A DNA stretch of 64,000 nucleotides from Haliotis rubra (Eukaryota): contig NW_025767012.1 in assembly GCF_003918875.1 (NCBI RefSeq), forward strand, positions 558,001 through 622,000. The letters run 5' to 3'. Below, piece by piece: positions 1 through 12,038 of this stretch. The notes beneath the pieces are model-generated. The model saw only the letters and a program-made list of their open reading frames with translations. It was not told the origin of the DNA and did no database searches. Position 1 is the first letter of the stretch. Every line of letters begins with the position of its first letter. A program made the translations under genes and the position numbers.

Positions 1-473
1 GGCCCAGTATCCTCGTAAACCCGCAATCAGAAATTCAATGAATATTAGACCTAGAACAGCAAGCTATCATCTTCACCATATGAAAGTCATTTTAAGACCT
101 CCATTAGATTTTGAGCATGTAGCATACAATGCCTACATTGTCTGCAGGAAGCAGTCTTTAAAAGCTCGCGAGAAACGGTCCTGTCAACAACAATGGCAGT
201 CTGTTGATAGCCCCACTTGACGAACATAAATATATATCGTCATATTTATCAACCTTTATTCTGTACACTAAAGTCTACGGTACTTGTGCCATGTTGTGCA
301 GTTTGGAGTATACACGTACCTTCTCCCATACATCCGCCATTGAATACAACCCCAATGTTTGTTTCCAGTGGTTGAATACAGATACTAAAACAACCAATGT
401 GTACCCATATGCAAGTTGTTTTGTCGAGCAGCAATGTGTCAGCTGGTAATAGCTGCACATTGTTCTGTATTAC

Positions 474-672
474 TGTAGAGGTATGGGTCAGAGTTGGTCT
501 TCAGCAATCATGATTGTCGTGAGAGGCGGCTAACCAGAACAAGGTGGTCAGCCTCGCTGAACAGGGTGCCGCACGTCGTCGTTTCCAAATTGTGTAGGTC
601 AATGCTCTTGTGTCATCGGTCAGCGATTATTTACAGACCCCCATCGTGTCTGAAATATTGCTGAGCACGTCA
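474..672 (+). mobile_element. Diverged copy of family C element
   Basis: GGTCTTCAGCAA..CATGATTGTCGTGAGAGGCGGCTAAC..GGTGGTCAG..GATTATTTACAGACC..GAAATATTGCTGAG is collinear with the reverse complement of 63199-63435. Confidence 0.75.
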
Positions 673-1351
673 TTCTGGTTCTGCAGTAGCGGATAGACAT
701 GGCGATAAAACACAACGAACAATTACCGTTCTGGAAGAAGCCAGAAGGTGGTCGTGTTTTGTGAGTTTGCATTTAGGAAACGTTTTCGTCATCGAAATGT
801 ATTCTGAAATACAATCTTATGCAAAATGTGTAAATATGCTTAGTACGTGTGTTTTTCAAAGCCAAAATACGGTTATTCAACGTGTATTAAGCTAAAATGT
901 TCTGAGTTAGTTGAGTCCAAACAGGCAATGTGAACATCCCGTTAATTATTTCCAGTATCATTGCCTTCATTGTAGACACCAGTTGTCACTGTTATCTATA
1001 GATAGCACATCCTGCTCCACATAGATGTCACATTATATCATATCCACTTCATCATCGCAATAATTAGCATAGTATCCCCATATGGAAGGATAACAATATA
1101 TGGATGAACAACTTCTGTATTGCTGTGAGAGCGACGTTTCGGTGTGGGTTCTAACACCGTTGTCAAGCAAGTGTTCATCTATATACTGTTATCCTTCCTT
1201 ACTGCCGCAACTTCTAAATGCCTCTCAAAGAAGTTATCCCCATATGATCACCGTCATCATAATTATTGCCATCGACATCACTCTCGCCATCGTCCTTCAC
1301 AATTATCTGCAATGTACTCGTGATAGGAAAATGTACGTCAAATGTCGTTGC

Positions 1352-1543
1352 AATATACCAGTATCTATACTGAAGGAAACAAATAAGGGAACACCACTTC
1401 ATGACAGTGTTCCTTTATTTATTCTCTGATTTCCTCCCACAACGCTATTCAAGGCTGGTGATTTACTGGAAAATATTAAAGGAACACTTGAATTTCCCTG
1501 TGTTCCTATATTTGTTTCTCTCAGTATATATCTATGGTAATAA
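1352..1543. repeat. Imperfect inverted repeat (about 43-bp arms), probable old MITE/foldback relic
   Basis: 1352-1394 (...TATACTGAAGGAAACAAATAAGGGAACAC) is approximately the reverse complement of 1500-1543 (GTGTTCCTATATTTGTTTCTCTCAGTATA...). Confidence 0.65.
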
Positions 1544-3767
1544 ACTGCAGCCACTTTAAATTACCTCATATAATTTACGTACATGTGTAAATTATCTCAC
1601 AATATTGACATCAGGCTGCTGCTTGCCACCTGTCGCTGTCAACCACAGTGTATAACACACACGTAGAGCGGCTGGAACACTCTGTCTCATTATAATAAAA
1701 GAAATATATACATATAGTGTGTGGTAATCTCATCCAAATGTCATTGATTGCAACCTAATCGTCAAAATAGTGACAATGAACCCCAATAAACGATAACCTT
1801 CAATAACTCCCTTTCCCCGTCTACAGAGTACACCCCGCCGAGGTCACCGGGGGTCGAGCCCACTTAACGGCTTGATCTGTCTCAAGTATAATGACCACTG
1901 ATCAAGCTTAGCAGGACGCATGCGTAATAGTCGTACATGACGTCACGTCCAGGTAATTGCGCAAACAGACATGATCACGAAAAGAGCCGAACAGCTGTCG
2001 CGGGTTGGATCATAATGTGTTTAATGATGCTTGACCGATGGCCATATCTTGACCAGTGTTTACTGTGGCGTGGCCGGCTCATTTGTTTGTTGTGTGAAAT
2101 GAATCCTGATAGACGCCTACCCTTTGTTGATTTCCCGGCCACTTGACTTTGAAGTGATTGATCTCTGTGGACAGTTGTTCATTTCAAGCACATGGATTGT
2201 GTTCAGATCATCGCTTACATAATTGACAAAACATGTACAATACCAGCCCTCACCCACGGCCATTTGAGGGGCATATCCTTGTCCCGAACTTTGCGTTCCA
2301 ATGCATGCAGGCCCAAACAGGAATAAGTTGCGTTTTGAGAGTACGAATCGTCTGTCTGTTTTCTTGAAAATAATCAGAAGATATGTAAATGTGTATCCAT
2401 TTGCAGAAATTGAATAGTTTTATCTGAAAAGAACACATTCCGACAAATGCCCATAGCTGAAATAAGAATGGAATGATTTAAATTCTCTTGCACATCCCCA
2501 GTAGGCAACCTGAGACGTCTTCAGATAATATTTAACGTCAATGCCAAATAAAGCGTATGATAAAACGTCAAGGTTAGACAATCATGCTTTCCAAGTTTGC
2601 TTTTACAAAATTTTGTGAAACATTTTTCGATAGGTATCAGCATATTTGTCAAATTTGATATCGCGGTGGGCAGAAAATGATCCAAAATGTCCGTTAAAAG
2701 CAAATTTAAAATTCCAGGACGCAGTTTGGTGTCTCTAAATCTCTCATTTGTCACAGCAATTCACCTTGTAACATTCAAACATTATCAAAACATGCCATTT
2801 GTCGTGTTCAATATTACGAATCAACCTGATGAGCACTTTCCGATACCCCTTCGCAAGATAACGAGCACCAAATTTGACACCAAACCACTCGGCAATTTCT
2901 CATCAAGACGTACTATCTTCTTGAAAACTGCCTATCAGTCTGGGAAACATAATTACCCCTAAACATCAGACGATTTAAAATTAATAGGTGTACTCACGGG
3001 CTAATTAAACACCGGCGAACAACCCGAAGGAGGGATCGACATGCGTGGACCTCTGAGTTAAGGGAGGTGGATGTGGCTTCGCAGGAAACGCGAGATACTG
3101 TAGATAAGCTATAGCCTTGATCAAGTTTTAAAGCCGATAATTTTCCTGTGTGGTAAATTTTTGTGATCAGTATTTTGATAAACGCTCTCTACTCATATAG
3201 AGACTGGAGCCATAAAACGAGATTATTTACTGGCGGCTCGAGATTTCACGTGAGTTACAGATATCTTTGATTCGAAGCCTTCTCTTCATTGAATGAGCTG
3301 GAATGAACAACAGATATGTCATTGATCTTTATAGGACCACTCAGTACAAAGATTTCCCTGGCATTGACAGACCTTCGTGGTACACGCGGTCTGCAGGTCC
3401 TAACGTAGAGCTGTCTATGTTTCAGTCCAGCAGTGAGTTGGAAAAGCAATCTAGATGATACAAAACCTTACCAGTTCTCCAGGTTATCAGGATCAGGGAT
3501 GTTTTTTTTCTTTTTGAGATGAGAGAAATGTATTGCTGGTTGGTGGACAATTGCAACATGCATAACATTCTTCAGACAAAACATCAAGCAGATCCATCCA
3601 TCTTATAATGATATCTGAGATGCTACAACTTTAATTTGGTACAGCTTGAATTGACAATTGTAATGAAGTTTAGTATCTTTAGGTTGGTATTAATATGCAT
3701 GCACGTGTATTTTGTGTACATGTTAGACTTAAAGGTCTCATTAAGTTGTTTTTATACAGGAATGACT

Positions 3768-5610
3768 GTGGGTAGTGTGTGAGTGTGTTTGTGGTCGATA
3801 CATTGTGTGTGTGGTAGATACACGATTAGTTTGTGGTAGATACAGTGTATGCGTGTGTACTTGTAGTAGGAACACTGTGTGTGTGTGGTAGATACACCAT
3901 TAGTTTGTGGTAGATACAGTGCATGCGTGTGTGCTTGTAGTAGAGAAACTGTGTGTGTGGTAGATACACCATTAGTTTGTGGTAGATATAGTGTGCATTT
4001 GTGGTAGATACATTTAGTGTGCGTGTGGTAGGTACAGTGTGTATTTGTGGTAGATAGATTTAGTGTGCGTGTGGTGATACATTTAGTGTATTTGTGGTAG
4101 ATATATTTAGCGTGCGTGTGGTAGGTACAGTGTGTATTTGTGGTAGATAAATTTAGTGTGCGTATGGTGATACATTTAGGGTATTTGTGGTACATATATT
4201 TAGTGTGCGTGTGGTAGGTATAGTGTGCATTTGTGGTACATACATTTAGTGTGAGTGTGGTAGGTACAGTGTATGTATGTTTGTGGTAGATACATTTAGT
4301 GTGAGTGTGGTGATGCATTTCGTGTGCTTGTGGTAGATATATTTAGTGTGCGTGTGGTAGATACAGTGTGTATTTGTGGTAGATACATTTATTGTGAGTG
4401 TGGTAGGTAAAGTGTATGTATGTTTGTGGTAGATACATTTAGTGTGAGTGTGGTGATACATTTAATGTGCTTGTGGTAGATATATTTAGTGTGCGTGTGG
4501 TAGATACAGTGTGTATTTGTGGTAGATACATTTAGTGTGCGTGTGGTAGATACACTGTGTATTTGTGGTAGATACATTTAGTGTGCGTATGGTAGATACA
4601 GTGTGCGTGTGGTAGATACATTTATCGTGCGTGTGGTAGATACAGTGTGTATTTGTGTTAGATACATTGAGTGTGCGGGTGGTAGGTAAAGTGTGTATTT
4701 GTGGTAGATATATTTAATGTGCATGTGGTATATACATTTAGTGTGCTTGTGGTAGATACAGTGTATGTGTGTTTGTGGTAGATACATTTAGTATGCGTGT
4801 GGTAGGTACAGTGTGGATTTGTGGTAGATACATTTAGTGTGCGTGGGGTAGATACATTTAGTGTGCGTGTGGTAGATACAGTGTGTATTTGTGGTAGGTA
4901 CACTTAGTGTGCGTGTGGTAGGTAAAGTGTGTATTTGTGGTAGATACATTTAGTGTGCGTGTGGTAGACACAGTGTGTTTTTGTGGTAGATACATTTAGT
5001 GTGCGTGTGGTACATACAGAGTGTATTTGTTGTAGATACATTTAGTGTGCGTGTGGTACATACATTTAGTGTGTTTGTGGTAGATACATTTAGTGTGCGT
5101 GTGGTAGGTTCAGTGTGTATTTGTGGTAGTAACATTTAGTGTGCGTGTGGTAGATACAGTGTGCATTTGTGGTAGATACATTTAGTGTGCGTGTAGTAGG
5201 TACAGTGTGTGTTTGTGGTGGATACATTTAGTGTGAGTGTGGTGATACATTTAGTGTGTTTGTGGTAAATATATTTAGTGTGCGTGTGGTAGGTACAGTG
5301 TGTATTTGTGGTAGATACATTTAGTGTGCATGTGGTAGGTACAATGTGTATTTGTGGTAGATACATTTAGTGTGCATGTGGTAGGTACAGTGTGTATTTG
5401 TGGTAGATACATTTAGTGTGCGTGTGGTAGACACAGTGTATGTGTGTTTGTGGTAGATACAGTGTATGTGTGTTTGTGGTCGAAACGGTGTGTGTGTGTT
5501 TCTTGTAGATACAATATATGTGTGTTTGTGGTCGATACAATTGTATATTTGTGGTATATACATTTAGTGTGTTCGTGGTACATACTTTGCTTATGCGTGT
5601 TTATGGTAGA
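3768..5610. repeat. GT-rich minisatellite of 22- and 24-bp subunits (often a 46-bp dimer)
   Basis: TTTAGTGTGCGTGTGGTAGATACA + GTGTGTATTTGTGGTAGATACA with core GTGGTAGATACA; degenerate edges. Confidence 0.95.
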
Positions 5611-6099
5611 CTTATTGGTTGTGTCATGTGTTCGTTGTTCACTGTAGCTACGGTTTTGGTTGTATATGTGTGTTAATTCTTAGCGGTGTGTGTATGCGAG
5701 TTATTATCAGGTTGTTCACAGTTACGGGATGAAGACAGGCAGCACATCTGGAGCGATGTAACCCCCATGATGATTAATAATTGCACATTACGCGTTGCTC
5801 AGATAGGTACACCTCCCGTTGTTTATGTGTAATTGAATTAACTGGTCGGAGGCAGGAAATCGCGATAGTGTTTGGGATACGGTGTTCCAGTATCTCAGCA
5901 TGGACAAATATCATTAAAAGACTATAATGTTTTATACTCTTCCTTCAGTATCTAGCCCATCTACATCAGAAATTACTACACCGGCAGAGATACGTCGACG
6001 CGGGGTGAATGGGAGAGATAGAACTAACTAGTGGCGGCCACTAGGCACGGGGACAAGTTTGTGACTGACCCAATACTCGTACATACGAGGTGACAGCAA

Positions 6100-6620
6100 G
6101 GGGGTGGTGGTGGGGGCTTACAGGTAGAAAGGTTTGGGCATGGGTGGTGTATCTGAGGGGTGGTGGGGGTGATATCAGGTAAGGGTTACAGGTAGAAGGG
6201 TTTGGGGGTGGGGTGGGGTGGTGTAGTGTGGTGTGGGGTGGTGCTGTGTGGTGTATTTGAGGGGTGGAGGTGGTAATAGCAGGTAAGGGTTACAGGTAGA
6301 AAGGTTTGGGCATGGGTGGTGTATTTGAGGGGTGGAGGGGTTGATAGCAGCTAAGGGTTACAGGTAGAAGGGTTTGGTGGTGGGGTGGGGTGGTGTGGTG
6401 TGATGTGGTGTGGTACTGTGTGGTGTATTTGAGGGGTGGAGGTGGTAATAGCAGGTAAAGGTTACAGGTAGAAGGGTTTTGGGGTGTATTTGAGGGGTGG
6501 AGGGGTGATAGCAGGGTAGGGTTACAGGTAGAAGGATTTTGGAGTGGGGTGGTGTATTTGAGGGGTGGAGGAGATGATAGCTGGGTGGGGTGGTGTATTT
6601 AAGGGGTGGAGATAGATGAG
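6100..6620. repeat. G-rich tandem repeat (68+104 = 172-bp unit)
   Basis: TTACAGGTAGAA recurs at 6118, 6186, 6290, 6358, 6462 and 6522, with (GTGGG/GTGGT)n tracts between. Confidence 0.9.
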
Positions 6621-9121
6621 ACGCGCTGAGAAGTGAAAGGGATTAGAGTAATGGGGAAGGGTTGACCGGAAGAGATTAAGGGTGTTGATGGGATAGAAGT
6701 TGAGGGGTGGATGACATGGCATTTGATATGGATAGAGATGAAATTCAATGAAGGGTATGTTATAGACAATTGGGTGAAGTTACGGGACGTTGGTAGAGTT
6801 GGAGATGAGGTTAATACGATGTTGGGGGTACCAGTCAAAACACGATATACAGAGAAATCAACTTTAAGCCACAAAGTGAAAGAAGATACTTCAACGAATT
6901 AACATTTTATAAAATGATCAATAATCAGTCACAACTAAGAATCAGGAAGAAGTTGCAAACTATCAAGTGCAAAAAAACAAATGACATAAATCTTTTCTTC
7001 TAGACACAGTAAAACTTTTGAATTCACCCCCGATGCATATACCAAAGCAGATACTTTGGTCAATTTAAAAGAAATGATAAAACATGATGTAAATACTGTT
7101 TCTTATTTCGGTCTTAATTTCGTATCATGATTCTGTCAGGAAATTCCATCCTGTCTAAGACTTGGCTGTAGTGATCTTAATCACCACAGATTTGAAAGAA
7201 TTTCCTGTTTACTCCTATGGTTACAAGAACAAAGATTCTCTTCATATCTTCTTTTCCTGACGAAACTACCTCACCATATAAGGTAACATACACCTCAATT
7301 ATACAGGCTTCGATATCAGTTCTGTGTTCTTTGCAAAATCTAACGCAATTAAATTAGAAAATCAGGGATTTTCGGCAATTGTGAATCTGTAACAGTTACG
7401 ATGTATTACTGTTTAATAACATGCTTTCAGTCGTTTTACTTTTCCATTACAAGTTTTGAAATTTGACAATTTTGTTATCATATTAACAAACCGTGACTAT
7501 ATTATAGGGTTTGGGGGTGGGATTGTGTATTCATATCTATTCCTAACTTCTGTAATCTGGAGCGGTATTGGCATACTTTTATTGTTATTACGTTTACCAG
7601 TTAGACTTTCGGTGAAACAGATATGTTTCAGTCGAAGAGCGAAAGTTAGATAAAGGTACTTATTTGAAGTGTAAGAGATTAAAATAGAGACTGAAAAGAA
7701 GGGATTGATATAACAGTGAGATGAAAGGATTGAGATACATGTGGGGAGCTGTTAAAGTCACAGTACGTTCAAATGTCAATGACAGATAATGTTGAAGAAT
7801 CGAGTAACGACCTCAAAATATGTTTCGATTTATTATTTGATGCCTTGTATTGAATATGATAACTGAATAGAGCACGATAATATCGCCGTAGACCTCTGTC
7901 CAATAGAAGCTCGAACAATCACAAGTACATGCATGTGATATATAGAACATGATAACAGATCAGTCTACAAACCATTCTCATATACAAAACAAATTCCGTC
8001 TAAGAACCTCCGGAGAAGGTGTAAATTCTACAGAATCCCCACAAGTATGTAAATGATAAGAATTTAATTTTCGAGTTATCTTTACTTGGATCTGTCAGTG
8101 AATATCTGGTTAGAATTACCATCAGTGTTTAATTTTAAACGAAATAAACGACTCCCAAACCATCCCGGGTCTCATTTATGCCAGACACTATATATCAGGA
8201 TGAGACGGCTTTGATAACGTTTCTGAGATTCTATTTTGTGAGAAATTTGTGCATTTTATTGGAAACATGACCCTTCCACAATTGGAAGGGCTTTCTTCTC
8301 TATCTTTACCCATACTAGCATTTTGTTAGACACTGACCCGGTTGTTAGCCCGTAAATCTTTAAATATATACTACCTTCTTTTTAATGAGGCAACTGAAAC
8401 CCGGACTAATTGCGGACGACTCCACGATTATTTTTAACTATGGCGTTAAATTTCTGAGTCTCCGAAAGGTTCTTCGGGGCGAGAAAGGTAGAAAAGGTCA
8501 AATTTTGGCAGTTTGAGAGATAAGCACAATTTATTTGGATCAGCGGTGAGTTTATAGTCGACAAATAAAAAGGTATGTTCTTGACGAGGAAGTGAGAGAA
8601 TCGAACTCGTCCCTTCTTGCTTCCTGGGGAATCCGATACACTTGAAGCCAGCGTTTGTGGCGCCAGTCTGGCCGGCTTTTATTGTGGCTTAACAACCCCA
8701 CGACACCCGATGGGGACAGGGTGGGCGAAACGTGTCACTCCCGGAACAGACGATCGCTGTCCACCGATAGACTTACCCGTAGTGTCGTCACTAATGTGTA
8801 GGGAGTTCGGGAGTAAGGTGCGAAACCTTCGAGGTGGTGTTTGGAGTTGGAACAAGAGACACAATGTATCGTCTGGTTTGAAGCGACTCCTTCTGTGATA
8901 TTGGGAGCCAAAGACGAATTTCAAGGGTCGTTAATTTCGACATGAAAGGTTATGGCTAACATTTTGCAGCATTGTGGCAGTTAAAGTGCTCTAATATGCT
9001 TGCCTTTCTCACACAGATCTACATCTTGCCCTGCTTGTCGGGTATCGAGGCGAGTGTCAGGAAGTCGGTCACGTGTTGGTCAGTGTGCTTAGTGACCGGG
9101 GACGGCACTTCACTTTCTACT

Positions 9122-9296
9122 GGGGCGGTAGGGTGGCCTAGTGGTTACAGCGTTCGCTCGTCACACCGAAGCCCCGGGTTCGATTCCCCACATGGGTAAA
9201 ATGTGTGAAGCCCATTTCTTGTGTCCCCCCGCCGTGATGTTGCTGGAATATTGCTAAAAGCGGCGTAAAACTATATTCACTCACTCGCCCACTCAC
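9122..9296 (+). mobile_element. tRNA-derived SINE, family A (full length)
   Basis: A box TGGCCTAGTGG, GTCAC arm resembling tRNA-Asp, B box GGTTCGATTCC, body ...GCTGGAATATTGCTAAAAGCGGCGTAAAAC and (TCAC)n tail. Perfect 12-bp TSD TCACTTTCTACT (9110-9121 and 9297-9308). Second copy at 50755-50913. Confidence 0.92.
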
Positions 9297-9418
9297 TCAC
9301 TTTCTACTCCGTCTTGTGTGAACAGATGTACATAATTTTTTTGATGATTCGCGAATTTAGATTAAATAAAACCCTCCAATAAACCCACGAAGCATAGTCT
9401 TGGAAATGAGAAACATCA

Positions 9419-9453
9419 TGCTGCTGCTGCTGCTACTGCTATTGCTGCTGCTG
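9419..9453. repeat. Imperfect (CTG)n microsatellite
   Basis: TGCTGCTGCTGCTGCTACTGCTATTGCTGCTGCTG. Confidence 0.85.
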
Positions 9454-11840
9454 ATGTGTGGAGATTCGTGTCGTGAGGTGGGTGGAATGTTGTGACGTAA
9501 ATAAGCAATTCGTTGCATTGACAATTTAACGTTGCTAGTCTGAAAAAGTATTAGGTTAATTTTGTCCTTTGCCAGGAAAACTTCAGAAGTATGATGCAGT
9601 CACCAGTGGTCACCAGATTCATAATCGTTATGAGATAATAAGTTAAAAGATACATGCAGAGATGAAACAATACACATAATAGGCATATTTTTTTAATGAA
9701 AATATTTTACTAAAACAACATGTCGTTTCTTGAAAATAACGAAACCTATATTTCAAACGTAATTCGGTATACGAGAAAATGTACGAATGCCTATTGGTAC
9801 AATGCAGACGATGGCATTGGACGATTCGTCACAAAACAAAAGGTATGTCAGAATCGGAAACAGATACACATAGTACCAATGGATATGCATGGTGACGGAG
9901 TGTTGTTCTCCTACCGAGAGTTACCTGCATGACCGCCGTCGGCAAACACAGATATCTACACCTGGTAACTTGTATGTGACATGAAGGATACGTAAGCTCG
10001 CTGAACCATTTAATTGTACATAGGCACAACTATTAGTCACCCTGTCTCCGGGCGATGTCGCGTAATGAATATATCTAATGATTAACATTTGTAGATAACA
10101 TCGTACCCGTCCTCATTCTCAATATGGCATATTGCCCCTTTTCAGCTTGGGAAATCGATTTTCGAAAGTTCCCATCGTAAAATTGAATTTTATCTTCTAA
10201 CAGGATGTCTTAACGTTCATGTATGATTCCTTGGAGCAGTCATTTCAATAAGTTTATAGCAGCTCCCGACTTAAGGAGACCCCGTATATGCTAATCTGTC
10301 TCCATGTCACGTTGAAATCTCGAGGCATATCCCATAATCCCTCACGGCAGTCCGTTATTTCGTAACAAGGATGACTAAACGGGAAAGGCTGTTTAAAACA
10401 GTAGTAAATAGCCACACTGTGTGTGATATCCTTTGATAATAAGTTTTTCAAAACACTCCCAGTTTTAGTCCAGGTTTTTCTTAAACTGATAAGGGGAAGT
10501 CAACATTGACTGTTTTTAGTTCCTCGTGGGCACCCATTGTGCTGAACTTCTTGCAGATCTGTTTCTCTGAGACTAGGAATCGGAATCTCTGGGTGCACTG
10601 TTCCATTGAATACAGTGGAATTCGGCCATGAAGTTTAAATCGGACTTCAAGCAGATCGAAGATCTGGTATCGTTCGATTATGGTCAAATATCCAATGGCA
10701 GTTCACTGATTTACGAACCCCGATTAGCAATAACTGACCAGTCAAACCGCTTCGTATTATTCAGATATGCACATTGGCAGCAACAAATTTCACAAGACTA
10801 CATTACAAGAGTGGTAACCTCCATTCATAACAGTCCTTTAACTTTTCCTTTATGCGAAGTATTATTGCTGCAACTCAACCTTTTGATGTCTCCTTTTCAC
10901 AACTTTAGAGAGACAATCAATCGATCATGGTCTTTTCAAAACAGATATTCATAGATACGTGTGCTCAAAGGTTGTTTGGACAGGGCTACAGGTTTCCAGG
11001 CATCAGCAGACATTTAAAAAAAGTTTCATCTTAGACATGTGAAGGATATTTCCAAATTCAGCCCATAGTGACAATCATGACGCTGGATGCAATTCACTAG
11101 TTTGACTTGTACTATATATTCGGGAGTTGTCTTTACGTAAACAATTAATTCGCCTTAATTTGCCTTTCAGTTTTGTGACAGGGTGGGACAGGACACGCCC
11201 ACCTTTTGGAGAACACCTTGTGTCAACACTGTCTGATAGTGATATATAAACACATGTTGATATGAACTAGTCGGGATTGTACAGTGGAATTGGTATGACC
11301 ATAGGAATAGTGTCATTACGTAATGATGAAAGGATGGTAGTTGACATCTGTAGCAGTAACCATGTTTCCATAGTTCCTGCACTTTAGTTCCCGTAAAGAC
11401 ACGTCTACTTCTTCAAACGCTGTTACTACTTCTGCTACCACGAATACGACTACTGCCTCGACATCGACAACTTCTAGACCACTACTTCAATTACAACTAT
11501 TACTACAATCTATGATAACACAAGGTTAATTCCTAGAACCAGGAACACACCTGGAGCATATGTAGTGGTTTCTTCACAATTGTAATCTACAACACGGTCA
11601 TAACACTGCTCCAAGCGATATTAAACCACATATTTTTAAGATTATAGAAATATTTTTTCGTCGGTTTTGTTCAGTATTATAATTTAAGTGAACTATGCAC
11701 AATCTTTTTTATTATCATTATTATTTTTTACAAATCAAAGTAAATGTTCGCAGCAAGAGGATTCGAGTGATCCTGACACAGACTGGTTTGGCACGTCATC
11801 AGCTCAGGTACCTTGCCCCCTCCACATGCAGCCCAGGAAC

Positions 11841-12038
11841 TAGTCTGTCTCACAGTCCCTGAACCACATTAATTTCCCTACTGCCAAGCCCTCTCTGCAG
11901 TGCTAAAGCCCTAAATAAAGCAAGTCTAGATTACCTCAGGTTCTGAATCTCTGGTCTCCCTAGGGCTCCTTTTCAATATAAATGGGCTTGTTTGTTACTA
12001 TCAAAATTATATATATTCAGAGACTAAGCCTTAGTCTA
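11841..12038. mobile_element. 198-bp non-autonomous DNA element with TAG...CTA ends and 9-bp TSD
   Basis: Perfect direct repeat CCCAGGAAC at 11832-11840 and 12039-12047; starts TAGTCTG and ends GAGACTAAGCCTTAGTCTA. Homologous copies at 29559-29765 and 59919-60022. Confidence 0.88.

Noticed and set aside
3752-5647. His/Thr-rich ORFs
   Set aside because: Translations of the 22/24-bp minisatellite.
8658-8672. GGCGCC next to GTCT as a BMP/Smad response element
   Set aside because: Spacing is 1 bp instead of the canonical 5 bp; single short motif.
9122-9195. tRNA-Asp-like gene (also the heads at 50845-50913 and 55540-55607)
   Set aside because: No proper acceptor stem, and each continues into a SINE body and tail with TSDs.
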